Assembly: GCF_009914755.1 (NCBI RefSeq)
Contig: NC_060935.1
Length of the DNA: 64,000 bases
Reading direction: 5' to 3' (one strand)
Source: the human T2T-CHM13v2.0 reference genome, Homo sapiens
Both the position numbers and the translations under genes were made by a program. A model generated the notes under the pieces. That model saw nothing but the letters and a program-made list of their open reading frames with translations. It was not told the DNA's origin and ran no database searches. This document shows, piece after piece, positions 1-15,991 of this stretch. Each line of letters begins with the position of its first letter. Positions within the stretch are counted from its first letter, which is position 1.

Positions 1-59
1 CCCCTACTGTGCTCACATTATACATTGTCCATTTTGCATTTGAAATAGTTAATTACATT

Positions 60-195
60 TTATCTCTTTCTACATCTACCTGTTCCACTATATAGGGAGC
101 TCTTTAAAGGCAAGGCAGAGGCTCTATTATTTTTAATTTTTCTAAATGTAAAAATAAATAGTCAATATTTGTTGTATTAATTACTAAATGAATAA
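60..195 (+). mobile_element. L2 3'-end relic
   Basis: Degenerate 'gagctctttaaaggcaaggc...tcaatatttgttg...aatgaataa', typical of the L2 3' terminus. Confidence 0.45.
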
Positions 196-210
196 AACAA
201 TTAGTCAATC

Positions 211-243
211 ATCCCATCCATCCATCCATCCATCCGTTTATCC
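211..243. repeat. (CCAT)n microsatellite
   Basis: atcccatccatccatccatccatcc seen directly. Confidence 0.75.
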
Positions 244-555
244 ACTAAGTGGAAAATCTTGGATCCTTTGGCTTTGCTATGCAGATTAGTAGAAACATGG
301 GTACAAGAATGTTTTTGAGGATTTAAGTAAAAACTTATTTGATAAAAACGTCTAGATTTTTTCAAAAACAGTCTTGGGATGAGGCTTAAAACCTTTTAAA
401 GTGTTTAAGCCAAGTTTTATTAATTTGAATTATCTGTCTTAGAGAATATATATATACACACACATATACATATATTTATATAAGATTTATATACATAATT
501 TCACATGTAACTTTATATATAATTATACACATATATACACACACCCATAGACATG

Positions 556-865
556 CAATTGTTCCACAGTATGTATGAGGGACTGGTTCCAGGATCCCTG
601 TAAATACCAAAATTTGAGGATGCGCAATCACTTATGTAAAATGATGTAACATTTGCATATAGGGTATATTTGCATATACAATATACAGTCATCTGTAGAT
701 TTCTTATAATACCTAATACAATGTAAATGCTGTGTCAATAGTTGTTATGCCATATTTTTAAGTTTATATTGTTTTTTATGGTTACATTATTATTTTAAAA
801 ATATTCTTGATATGTGGTCGGTTGAATCCACAGATTCCAAACATGAGGACGTGGAGAGCTGACTG
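556..865 (+). mobile_element. MER2 (TcMar-Tigger MITE)
   Basis: Matches MER2 consensus from memory (ggttccaggatccc...ataccaaaat...gttgaatccacagat...gactg); ends CTG followed by TA. Confidence 0.9.
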
Positions 866-1539
866 TATTTATATAATATATTCATATATAAACATATATA
901 AAATATGATATGTATTTAAAGAGAATATACATACAACTTTTTTGTTATTAGGCTCTGCCTACATCAGAAGATTTGAAGCAATTAACACAACACAGATATT
1001 GTCTGGTGCCATTAAAAAGAATTATGTTGTGATGAGGTTATTTTTCTACGTGTAATGAGAACAAGTTGAGTTTTAATAAAAGTGTATCTTTAAGCTTCCG
1101 GGTAACCAACGCAAAAGGGTAACATATTTCTCCGTGTCTGATAGTGAGAAGTTCCTCTCTTAATCTGTTGATAAACTCATTGGTAGCATTAAAATAAAAG
1201 AGTTCCTTCATACATTTTATGGTAAGAGATATTGAATAATAATTTGAAAAATGTCTCCACTAGCAAGGTTACAAAAGGAGACTAGAGAATGATTTTAAAT
1301 AACTTTTTTGCTTCAAGTTATATAAACTATTTGATTAAAAAGATGACTAGTCAGTAAGTCCTGCTTTAGGACTAGACTAGAAAGATGCACAATTTAGCAC
1401 ATTAATTTTTAATACATAAACGCTAAAATATTTGAAATCTTTGTAGAATAATTTGATAATCTCCTTCCAATATTAACAATTGTACCTGGGTTTTCTAGGT
1501 TACTAGGAAACCTCCTATTTAGCACTTTCTACACAAAAT

Positions 1540-1775
1540 AGCCCTCCTTTCTATTCCCAGCCTGAATTAGGTATACCTCTCCTATGGCCACAAGTCTCTT
1601 ATAGCACCTGTCACTTTGGGTCTAAGTAATTTGGGCATATAATTATCTTCCTCTTAATTGAGAAACCTTTATGACAGGAAACATCTATTAGCCATATTTA
1701 TGTTCTCAAGCAGCATAGTTGGCCCTCAGCAGATGTTCTATGTATAAATTGATGGAACCATGAAATAATTAATTA
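1540..1775 (+). mobile_element. L2 3'-end relic
   Basis: Degenerate 'ttatagcacctgtcactt...gacaggaaac...agcatagttggc...cagatgttc' L2 pattern. Confidence 0.4.
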
Positions 1776-2943
1776 ATGAGCTGGCTTCTTGACCTTGTCT
1801 TCACAAACAGGTTAAAAAAAAGATTTGCATCTTCCAAATCATACCTTACTTAGAAATGAGAATTTCCAAATGAATGGCTGTTAGTTTCCTTTCTAAGCAT
1901 GAAAATTTAATTCATTCTTGTTAAATGCACACTCTCAAGCAGGATTGTTAGGCATCTCTCTATTTTCACCCTGGTAAAGGAAGTCGGAAGGACTACTCTG
2001 ACAAAAGCAGCACTAAACTATAGAGTAATTACCATAAGTTACTGCAACTTCGGGATTTGGAAATTAATGGTGTTGGGGAGAAGGTTAAATATGCATTGCT
2101 CCCATTAGTGCAGGATTGGATTTTATTGCCATTTTCTACCCTTCTTTCAAGAATGCCTGTCATTCAAGGGCATCATAATTAAAGTCCACTGCAAATAAGG
2201 AGAGTTGAAAAAGGAGTTTCAGACATTAGAGCAGCATCCTCTGCATATGACTCCTTATAACATTTAGTTATTTTTCTATGGCAGTGCTTTTTAAATATTA
2301 TATATATATTATATATATATATATTTTTTTCTGTTGCATCAGATTCTGTTGCATTTGAGCTTTCAATATGACCCTGAAAGGTGAGGGAAACAATCAATTA
2401 CTTTTGACATTTCAAACCAATAATAAATTTACTGGATAAAATCCCAAAACTTGGAAGCCTACTGTAAACTTTTTCTAAATTGAAATGTGGTATAACTGAT
2501 TTCTGCTGTAATCAAAGTAAAGCCCAGAAGAGGAGCTTCTAATAGTCCTGATGTCTGTGGAATTGAATTTTAAAGCCTCTCTTCTATACTGTAAAGCCAA
2601 TATTTCAAATAAGAGCTGGGAAAATGGAACTCTGCATCCTTAGCACATATTTAGCTCTTTTTGGGCCCTACCTTCATTGTTCACTCCCTGTATTGTTTAA
2701 TTCCTGAACATGTCTCTCTTACCCACTCAAATGTTAGCTTTTTTCAGGGAAGCAGCTAAGCTTGTTTCACATTCATGCATATTTTTGAGGCCCTGGCTTA
2801 TTAACTGCATAAGAGATTCATTATGTTCTAATTCAAAATGTACAATGTGCACAAAAATGCTCAGTTGTGGCACATTTGAACCTATTCATGTCTTTAAACA
2901 TGAAGTTCAAGATAGAACATCTGCAGTTCTTTGTCTTAGGCTT

Positions 2944-3555
2944 TGCATTAATTTTCTATTGCTGTGTAACATATTATTAAAATCTTAGTGGCTTAAAACA
3001 ATACAAAATTACTATCTCACATTTTCTGCAAATTAAGTCTGCAATGGTTTCACTAGCATCTCTGCTCAGGACCTGCATGGCTGAAATCAGCTGCTGGCTA
3101 GGGCTACTATTTTGTTTGAGGATCAGGTTCCCCTTCCGATTTTATTTAGGTTCTTGGCAGAATTCTTACCTCCAGTCAGGGGTTATTCTTAGTTTCTAGA
3201 GGCTGCTGCCATTCCTTGCCATGTGGCTGTCCCCACAACATGACAGTTACTCCTTCAAAGCCAGCGAGAGAATATCTCTGCTGCTTTGAATCTCTGATCT
3301 TCTCTGTTTCTGACCCGAGACCCAGATTTAAAGGGCTCATGTGATTAGGTCAGGCTTGTCTGGATAATCTTCCTTTCAGTTAACTCAACTGACTGGGAAA
3401 CTTGATTATATCGGAAAAATCCCTTTGCCATATAAAGTGAAATAATAATGGGAGGGCTAATTAATCATATTCACAGGTCCCATCGACAGTCATTGGGAGG
3501 GGATTATATAAGGGTGAGGATCATCATGGGTCATCTTAGAATTCTGCCTACCACA
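2944..3555 (-). mobile_element. MLT1E-family MaLR solo LTR
   Basis: Reverse complement begins TGTGGTAGGCAGAATTCTAAGATGACCC and ends ...gcaatagaaaattaatgca, typical MLT1E termini. Confidence 0.85.
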
Positions 3556-4254
3556 AATTTACAAATTAAATTGTTGAGTTTGTAATTTAATATCTGAAAT
3601 ATTAAAATATATATATTTGTATTTAAATATATATATGTGTATGTGTGTTTCTGTGTATGTGAGTGTGCACGTGTATATATATGCAATAAACATTTCTGGA
3701 TAGAACCTTCTAGGTCAATCAAAATTTATCTGAAAAAGGCACAATGCAATATGAACACATAACACTGTAAAATTACAATTTTACAGTTTCTCAATTAAGA
3801 AACTTCTAACTTCCACATACTGGCCTACCCTGGGGAATTTGAGAGCAAATACGGGCTTTTTCTTCAGCTCTTCCTGAAGCTGGGTAGTGTTACTCAATGG
3901 AAAATCTGTGCTCCATTCACTGCTGGACATTCTTGGGTCTTATTATTAGCATTTTACAGTGACCACGGGTAATTCATGTGACTTTTATGGCGACATGAAA
4001 CACAGTGTGAAAATTAACTGCAGCTTCTTTCCAGTGTGGAATCTTCCCTGACTACTTCTGTGGGTAATTTCATGAGAGCATCCTTTTTAGCAACAAATCT
4101 AGTTTTCTATAACAATCTATCAGTGACCTGAGCTCCTCAACATATTAGACCCAACAATTTCTTTGTACTGATGCTTCATGGTCAGAAATGCAAACCAAAT
4201 CTTAATTCAATTCATACTTTAAAAAACAGCTAAAAGAATAATAACTTCATTTTT

Positions 4255-4415
4255 CTTGAGCAATTACTCTCTTGCAGGTTATGTGATAACCATTTTACAC
4301 ACAATATATCCTTTTTAAGATGAAAAAGCTGAGGAAGAAATAAGTTTCATTATTTGCCATCACACAGTTAAAAAGAATCAGAGTCTAAGTCGGAGGCTCT
4401 CTGAAACCAAACCTC
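4255..4415 (-). mobile_element. MIR
   Basis: 'tttaagatgaaaaagctgagg...tttgccatcacacagttaa' resembles the MIR core. Confidence 0.5.
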
Positions 4416-4789
4416 TTTTCTAGGGCCATTGGTTACCACTTCCTGTGATTTTCCATCTTGGCGAATAGCAAAATACCTACCCTATTCTTTTCCATTTTCA
4501 TTCCTCAAACTCTCAGGTATGCAATTAGGTTAATTTCTGGTTAACTGAGTAAATTAAAGTTGGGGGTATTGATTTACACCCCAGCCAGATTTTTTATTCA
4601 GGAATATTATTGGGGTTTTTTTTGGCAAGTTAAACATATTAAAGCTTACGGTTAATATTTTTAAGCATAAATATATTTAAATACTCAAACATGAAATTAG
4701 CTTTTGTTTTGTCATAGCCATTGAAAATGTATGGTATTTACTTTTCTTTTTTTTGTGTGTGTGTGTGTTTATTCACCATCATAAACATT

Positions 4790-4972
4790 CCTAGCATGTA
4801 TAAACACTACTCTGTTTGATATTGTGCTGACTTTTACATAAATTATCTCATGTAAGCCTCATAAAAATTTTCAAAACAAATATTATGAACCTCACTTTAT
4901 TGGTTAATAAACTGAGTCTCAGGTTAAATAACATAGAAAGTCATATCACTAGTACTAGAGCTGGAAGTGAAC
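4790..4972 (-). mobile_element. MIR
   Basis: 'ttttacataaattatctcatgtaagcctcat...aaactgagtctcaggttaaataac' MIR core. Confidence 0.55.
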
Positions 4973-5989
4973 TTTTTCTACTTCTTTCAAATACATCAGG
5001 TAATCTTCCCTGGCATACATTAGTGATCTAAAGGGAAGGGACCATGTTTTATAACTTTTCATTTTTTTTTGAGTGCTTAGCATGGTGTCCTATAAACCCT
5101 AGGTTACCTTGAAATGTTAGTTGAAATTCAAAGGCTAAAACGATGTTCTTTCATAGAAATTAATCTTAAGGAGAAAGGAAACTAGCAAAGACTACAGAAT
5201 ATTCATATTATTAATGTCCACAAGGTGTATCTTAAAGTTGGGAAATTTATCCCAGCAAAGATTGTAAATATTATTTTAATAGCACCAACTATTGGTATTG
5301 TTTTTGAAGAATAATAATAAAAACTTGCATTTGGAAAACTTCCTAGTTTATGACATACTTTTACCTTCTACCGTTGTCTTCAATCAATGAATGATTTTCA
5401 TTAATAAACTTATAAATGCACCCCCAAGATATTATGCCAATGAACAGGAAGGAATAATTGCCTTAAACTGGAAAAGTTTAAAATAAATTCTTAGTTTAAA
5501 AAAAATCAGCCAGCAACAGGATATACTTCATCTGGCTGTAGCATTTTGTAAAGAATGGACTTGTAAGTCCTCCTACTTAGCTAAGAAGGCTTTTCTAGGT
5601 GTAGTGAGCTGTTTCAAGCAAGCCATTTCAATAATGCAAGAGTGTAAACTACTTTAGAATTACACTGTAAACAGAATTTTCAATCTTGTATTGCAATTAT
5701 ACATTAAATGCAGAATCAGCTTAGAATATAGAAATCCCCAAAACTGTTGACAGGAATAAAAAAGGGACTTGATTCTGTAAACAAGGGCACAATTTCCCAG
5801 CAGCTGGCTTGGGTTGCCCAGCAGCCACTCAATTAAGTTTTTGCTGCATAGGCAAGTTCCACAGACGTTTATTGTGAGCAACACATTCATGGAAAAAACT
5901 GGGCACTGAATACCTACATTAGTCATCTCTTTTTTTCCTCATTCTTAAAATTGCCTCAATGCAGAATAATGAAGCATGGGAGCCAGGCA

Positions 5990-6220
5990 TGACAATGTGG
6001 CCAAAATCATGGATATTAGAATTGATTTGTCTGGGTTCAAATAGGAGACATGGCCCCTAAAGGAACATGGGCAATTAACATTTTAATGGTAACTTAGCCT
6101 TCCCTTCTATACATTGGGGATAATGTTTCTATCTACCTCTTAGGCTTATTGTAAATTCTAAAAGATACAGTACATGGAAAAATATTATCTCAGAGCTTGA
6201 AAGTGTAACTCCTAAAAAAA
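5990..6220 (+). mobile_element. MIR
   Basis: 'ctgggttcaaat...tgggcaattaac...tggggataatg...tctacctcttagg' MIR core. Confidence 0.6.
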
Positions 6221-6227
6221 GTATATA

Positions 6228-8760
<2,533 letters not shown>

Positions 8761-9455
8761 TTTTTTTTCCTCACTTGCCTCTTTTCCAAGGTGGTGACTA
8801 TATAAAGGTTACCTCTCCAGTATATGTTCACAGTCACAAAGGGAGGCCTACGAGGGAATGCTGTGGTTTACTCTAATATGGAGAGGTGTAATCTCGTCCC
8901 TGGAGAACTCCTGTTGGTGTTTGCCCAGGAATGACTAATTCCCTATTTTTGGAGTTGACAACCACTGCCAAAACTCCTGGCATGGACCCTGCTCTGTGGC
9001 CAACTCATGCTGCTCCAATTCCTCTGATAAGTTCCACTGGCAGCCCTCTTAGCAGCTCTATACCCTGCTGGCAGGGCACACAGGACTCCTGGGGCTACTG
9101 CACATGGCATGTTGACCATGGCCAAAGAGGGAGTAGCCCTGAGTACTTATTTCTAGACCCTTTCCTCTGCCCTTGCTCCTCTGCTGCTCCTAAGCCTTGC
9201 TGCATGTGGTCAGGAGCAGCATACTAGATATTATTAGATTTTCCCGTTTCTTTCAAGGAGTTTTATCACTCCAATTTCCACTTTCATCAATATCTAAAGT
9301 GTTGGAAATTGTGGGTTCCTTTTAGGGACTCATGTAATATTCTCTCCATGGATTCATCCCCTGTAAAACATCCTTCTACTTTAGCAATGAGGAGCTTCTA
9401 CTTGCTTTTCCTACCTGGGAGGAACTTTCTTTAGTTAATGCTCTGTCACCACTAC
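8761..9455 (-). mobile_element. GC-richer segment, probably an old L1 5'UTR, fused to the L1MA ORF2
   Basis: Abrupt composition change at the L1 ORF2 break; general resemblance to L1M 5' ends; family not securely recognised. Confidence 0.4.
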
Positions 9456-9574
9456 ATAATGGTTCAATGAAAAAAAAATATGGTTCAAATTATCCAGAAC
9501 TAGATTTATATTTTAAAGGGATGCTTTAAAATTAATAAAATTCTTATCACTATAAAATGGGGTGTTCATTACTA

Positions 9575-9735
9575 ATGTCTTATAACAGACTTCTTTGACC
9601 ATCCAAAGCACCCACAATTATATTCATTTTAGCATTTATCACATTGTTTTATAACTGTGTACTTATCTATCTCCCCCTCTAAACTACCTGCTCTTCAGGG
9701 CATAGACAGATTCATTAATGCATGAACAGATGAAC
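9575..9735 (+). mobile_element. L2 3'-end relic
   Basis: 'tagcatttatcacattgttttataact...tctccccctctaaactacctgctcttcagggca'. Confidence 0.55.
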
Positions 9736-10045
9736 TTGAGCAGGAGGAAAGGGACCAGGCCTGAACCACTTGATCAAAGTAAAGATGAAAAAACACTTAT
9801 GAATCAGTAAAACATGTATGAGCCAATAAGACGGTTTCCATTTTGTTCCCAGAAATGTTTACTATGTTTATGCCCATAGAAACCTCAGCAAATTCCGGAC
9901 TTAAGAAATAAATTTTTATGGCCTGTTGTAACACTTTATTTTTTGTGTTTCTTAGAAGCCTAAAAAGGAAACCAGTATACTTAAATATATTAGTAAAATA
10001 TTTGTATCGTTAAAATATTTGTAGTTTTACACATAATTGGGAAAA

Positions 10046-10340
10046 GGTAGCATGGTGTGACATGGGAAATTCTTGACTAAGAGATACATATTCTGTATTC
10101 TAGTCGTGCCATAGTTCCTCAATAGCTGCATGATGCTGGTCAAGTCATGTAAAGCTTAGTCCTCAGTTCCATGGCCTGTACACATTAAAACACTCACTAT
10201 TAAGTTGCTACAACATTTAATTTGTGTAAGCTTCATATTCAGAAGATGTAAAGTCAGATGAGAAAAACACTACTTGAAAAAAATGTTATAAGAACTAAAT
10301 GAGGCTATATTTAGAAAAATATGTTGTGCAGTGATAAGAA
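10046..10340 (+). mobile_element. MIR (fragmented)
   Basis: 'aggtagcatggtgtg...tagctgcatgatgctggtcaagtcatgtaa...cctcagttcc'. Confidence 0.5.
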
Positions 10341-10489
10341 TATAATAAAATATAAGATTTATATTTAAGATATATTAGGCACTTATTATGAGCTTACAAG
10401 AATTTCCTATGTATTAACTTACTTAATTCTCACAACAACTTTAACAGAAATCCACATAGTAGTTGTTATTATACTAACCTGACCCTCTA

Positions 10490-11086
10490 TTGGCAGTATC
10501 AGATAAAGCTTTTCAGTTCTCTCAGCATCTAGTCTGTGTCTTGAATCATCATGTTTGCTCCATCTCACCTGCCACCAGGGCTAATTCTGTCCATGCTCAC
10601 ATGGTTCTGCTTCCTGAAGCTGATCAGCTATGTGCTCTAACAGACTTTGGATTCAGTTGAAGGGCCATATCACAAGGTATAGGACCTTGCACCCAAGGTG
10701 GTTACCAAATGGGTGAAGTGATGTAAACCAGAAGTGCAAAGGACATAGCTTCCTCTGGGGGGAAATGTTGATCACTGTGCATCAGAGGATAGGAGAAAGT
10801 AATTAGTCTTTTTTTTCTTCTCCCTTCAATAACAGTTCTGTCTATTCACACTTTCTGGAAACACACTAGGAACCTAAGCCAGTGTACTGACTCTGTCAAC
10901 TAAGTGTATTGCCCTCACTCAAATAATGATACAATAACCAGTGTAACAATACATTGCTTCTCATCCTTCTCTGCCTTATTTCCCCTTTCCTTCACTTTTA
11001 ATGTCCCAGGATTGCATGTCCCAAATCAGCATTGGCATCTAAATATTGCAACAGGCTCTGCTTTCCTGGGAATCAGGGTTAAGATA
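10490..11086 (+). mobile_element. ERVL LTR16-family solo LTR
   Basis: 3' end 'caggctctgctttcctgggaatcagggttaagata' and internal 'gggggaaatgttgatcact' match the LTR16 group; 5' boundary approximate. Confidence 0.6.
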
Positions 11087-11264
11087 AATTCCTCCCTGAC
11101 TATGATACTGATGAGAAACATAGTAATGACAGCCTCTTATATTTGTAGAATGCAATGCAGTTGTAGAGCTCTTCATCACTTTATTTTTCTCATGAGTATC
11201 ATTCTACTCCAGTTAACAAAAGCTATTGTAAACAGAGCACTATAATCTCAAACTTTACATAACA

Positions 11265-11745
11265 TTTCTTTAAAAAATATTTCCATACTGAAGTATTATT
11301 TATGTACAATAAAATAAATGCTCAAATCATAATTGTTGAAGATTGTTTAAACAATCTTAATTGTTTGATGATCTTTAACAAATAAAATTTCCTGAACTGT
11401 CATCACCCAAATCAAGATACAGAACATATTTATCATCCCAAAAAGTGTCATGATGACTCTTTCTAGTCAATCATTTCACTTCCAGAGGCAACCACTCTTC
11501 TGATTTATATAACCATATACTAATTTTGTCAGTCCTTGAATTTTATATAATTAAATTATAGCATTTTATATCTGGCTTCTTTCTCTTAGAATAATATTTT
11601 GAAGATTCGGCTATGCCCTTTTGGGTTTCAGTATTCCATTACTTTTTAATGCTGAGTGGTATTCCATCTAATGATTGTACTGTAATTTGTTTACCTAGTT
11701 ATTTGTTTACTTTGAATGACATTTCTTGTTCACATCATTTTTTTA
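11265..11745 (-). mobile_element. L1ME 3'UTR fragment
   Basis: 'cacccaaatcaagatacagaacat...ccagaggcaaccactcttctgatt...gctgagtggtattccat'. Confidence 0.8.
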
Positions 11746-11889
11746 TTAACTAATAGCCAACTGATAATCTGAGCATGAGGACAATTTGTCTCTATCGATA
11801 GTATATACAGAGTAACTCTCTGTATCTGGATCAAAAGTGATAATTAATAATGGACTCTAGAAAATAAGCCTCTTACAACTAAATTTGCA

Positions 11890-12100
11890 GATGTGTGCTC
11901 TGCAAAACATAAAGTTCTAAGAACTGATTTTTTATAACAAAAGTTTTTGTAATCAAATAAAATTTGAAAACTCTGTAACTCTCTCACAAACATACTAGCT
12001 TCTTACAAGCTCTGAGATTTCCTGCAGTTAAAGAACCTTGTTTATTGTTTTGAACCCAGATTTCCAAAGTTTATTAACCTTAGAACTCCCCCTATTTGGA
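11890..12100. mobile_element. hAT-Charlie MITE (MER103-like)
   Basis: 'gctctgagatttcctgcagttaaagaacc...aacccagatttccaaagtttattaacc' resembles MER103 from memory. Confidence 0.45.
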
Positions 12101-15100
12101 GTTTTCTTATTTATTTTAAAATCATTGGTCTACATACATTTTTTTAGCTATCTATCTATCCATCCATCTGCATCTGTCTACATATGTACACACATACACC
12201 AATGCATAACATTGTACTACTACTAACACACATGTACATACATGTTTTTTAATGGTATGCACCTAACTGGATTATTGAGGCAGTTATCAGATTAATTTAA
12301 TGAACAGTATTCTAACCCAAGTCTAATGCTCTATAAGAACAAATTCCCCTGTACTTAAGGAATAAAAACTCATGAAATATGCAGATCATATAAAATCCCC
12401 AACTGTTGGTATGAGGCACAGAGAAAGGTAGAGAGTTTTCCCAAAGCTACATTAAAGTTCATGGAAGAGCGTTAAAATTTTTTCCAATGATCCTCTCTAG
12501 TTTGCCTCTTTATATATATTAAACATTTTTGAAAATAAATATACACATGGAGATGAGGGATCACAGAAAGTGGGGCAAGCTGCATGCCCACTGGGGAGTG
12601 ATGTGGTATGTATGTGTGTGAGGGCTGAAATGAGGGTAAAGGTGGATGGAGGAAGGGGATGATAGAGAGCAACTGAATGTCCATGAGAAAGAGTGTAGAA
12701 AGGGCAGAGTGGGGGTGTATGGAAGGCCAATGTCATATCCTCTCCATAGAACAGGACTGTGTGTGCTATGACTATAGATTCTTGGTAAAGGTATCTTAGA
12801 CTTTTCAGTTCAAACAAATTATACAACTGAGACTCTCATGAGAATGTTTCCTTTTAGATTTTTGTATGAAGACATTTGACACAGGTCAATAGTAAGATTC
12901 CTCTACAAGAACGTGTGAAAAATTATGACTCATAATTAAAATGTAGAATGAATGTATAATGCCAAAGATCCAAGATAAGCAAAAACATCATAAGAGATGG
13001 AAAGAAAACTAAGCTCTTCACCCAAGGGATTAACTTCTCTATAGAGAAATGTGCCCATTAGGAAGCAGCTCATCAGTCAGGAAGTGCAGAAAGGAGGAGC
13101 TAGAGATTCTAGTCCAGTCAGTTTCTATCCTCCCAGTGCGAAGGAGAGTCCTCATACAAATCCTCAATATCCCAGTCCCTGTGGCCAAGTGATTTATGCT
13201 GTGTAGATTTTCTCATTGAGACATCAGAGACTATGTCTGGTGATACTCAACACACTCACAACCACTGAGTGACCTGACATATTTCCATGTTCAGCAAGCA
13301 AATTTAGGTCGTAATTTGGCTTCCCAAGAAGATTTGCTTAGTGGGAGAGTGAACTGGTCATATTGATGCAAATGTACTCATCCTTTTGACAGTTATACTT
13401 CTCATTGTAAATCAATAAGATAGGCTCTGCTTTTTACATCACTCATCCTAAGTTTGATTTGTGAGAATTCAAAAGAGCACTTCTTAATATGCTAACCAGT
13501 TATATGCTTAATATGCTAACCAGTCTTTGAGCTGGTGAGGCTGAAGGCCAGCCTGTAGACCATGTCAAATTCTCTAAGACAAAGACAGCCAGCTGGCTTT
13601 TCCCTTGAAACCCTCAACTCTTCTGTGTTTTTAGCTTCAAATCTTTACCAATCCTATCCAGAAATGAAACATATGCCTAAAGCAAACTAAAGATTGCATT
13701 CAATGAAAAAATTCCTTTAGTAGGTGGGTTTTTCCCAAGCCCAGGAAAATACTAAATATAGTAATTATTAAAGAATACTGGAAAAACAATTGAATTTTTC
13801 CTGTCTTCAAACCTTCAGTTACATTTACTAAGATGTCAAGTTAGCTTTTTATTTCTGTGGCATATTATGTAGAGGGGAGTTTAGGTGCAAAAATTTATAT
13901 TTTCAGTGATGTGCACTAATGATTTTAGGAAATTGCCGTATTGTTATTGCCCTGTTTTAATAAACATTGTATCTAAGGTATTCTCTGTGCTTCAACGCAG
14001 GTAAGATAAGCTAATTTATTCTAATACCTATCTTCTTGACACTGAGTAAATTCTTCCTAATGCACTAATTATGACTCCAGATAGACCAATGATTATTTCA
14101 TATATGCTAATTAGGAATCACTTTATTCAGTCAGCCATACACATCAGTAAACAAGTGTAATGAATTCCCCAGGGAGGTGATAAAAAGACAATGATTTGCT
14201 TTTCACTACAGCTTGGAGAATTTACCCTACAATCAAGGAGTAATTAGAGAAGAAAATGAAGAGTTAGAAAACATATTTGCAGGTGTGAGCACTTGGCAAA
14301 GCATGTTTCTTTGCAAAGATGAAATTGAAATGGATATCTTCGTTACTAAACATATATGGAGAAATACATTAGTTATTATGCTCTCCTTTCATAAGTAAGC
14401 AAAAAAAGATACAATCAAATGTAATCATCTCATTTAAATGCTAGATTTACACAAGGGCAAAAAATGAAATCAACTCAGTATGTTCCTAATTATTTATTAT
14501 TTTATTGTAGGGATTTACCCCCTCAATATCAAGCTTATTTTGCAATAGACCTCTCATTCTAACTTTGAGTTCATTGTTGAGTGATTAAAATAAGGAACAG
14601 AGGTGGTGGTTAGGAGACGCAGAGTCGTTAAACTAACTGATTTAACTGCTATCTGTATTGGACTTTGCATTTTCCATCCTAATTTTTGCTTCCAAAGACA
14701 TTTTCAAAAACTGTCATGTTGAGGGAAGAGGTATGGCTTTACAATACATCATTTGTTATCTATCTATTTTTTCTTATCAAGTCAGATGTCACAAGTACAA
14801 GCTGTATTCTTCCAGTATAGCTTTTAGACTTAGTTTGACTCTATTTAATTTGCTTGCTTGCCAATTATTGTTATGTGGCGCCAGTAAATACAATCTTATA
14901 ACTAATAATGATCCATGTTAGTTATGGTAAAATTCTCAGAGGTTCTATAGTTCACATTAGGGGTTGAAAGAAGAACATTTTAATTATTTGGAAAGCAGTC
15001 AAACAACAAATCAAACATTAACAGACTAAAAGCTTCTTTATAAAATTATAATTTAGCTTCTGGGCTTTAATAATAACTTGTTTTTCTGACCATGGAAAGA

Positions 15101-15991
15101 CTTTAGAAAAAGTAAGCAAGCCATTCTATTAGTCGTAATTCAGGAATAAAATCTTGAACTCATGAACAACAGCCTGAAATAAGGGAGAAAGGTCCCAGCT
15201 TATTAAAATTAATGTCAATCAGTTTAGACAGGAAATCAATAATTGTCCACTTAACATTGTCCATTCTGCCATAATAGTGAGAAATAAGCTTCATATCTAT
15301 TTTAGTTCCACTGAAACTTTACTAGGAATTTATTGTGGATGGGTAAGTTTAGTCATTTTGGAAAACACCTTGGAATAATTTGCCAAAATAATCATAGGCT
15401 TCATGCATTTAGCTGTGTTTCCTCTGTTAGTCTAACTTGGACTGATCATCAGAGGAAACCATGAAAAAAGATTTTGAAAGAAGAATGTGCAAGAACGTAA
15501 ACATTGGTAGCATCTTTTGAAATCTTAAAAATCATCTTTTTTATTTAAATATGTTTGCTAATAAATAATGGGTTTATGACACTATAATAACACGTGTTTC
15601 AAAAGCAGAGATTATCTCAAAAGTATCATAATTCTAGTTCTAAAAAAGGAGCACATTTAGGCATAGGGCAATCATTTACTATCTTCATTTAATAAAGTTA
15701 TGAAAATAGAAGTTATAGTAGCTCATGGATGATGAATTGAATGGTTATGACAAATGATGGGTTCCATAGAGAGGTAAGACTATTGTATGGTTCACTTCCT
15801 TCTAAATACTAAGTCCTAATTTTCAGATATATGTCCCACAAAAACCATTAGAGGAAACCATCTGGAAACTAAAACTCTCATTTACTCTTGAAAGGTTTAC
15901 AGACATATGAGACGTTTTTTTAAAAAGAGGAAGAAAGTGAGAGAGCGATGATATGTTTATTGTGCACTGAGTATTAGTGGAAAGGAAATAT

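Noticed and set aside
5660-5926. 88-aa ORF or possible conserved enhancer
   Set aside because: No protein similarity recognised; conservation cannot be judged from one sequence
8761-9455. Processed pseudogene of a protein-coding gene
   Set aside because: No recognisable reading frame, no AATAAA before the A8 run and no TSD of its own; kept only as an unresolved L1 fusion
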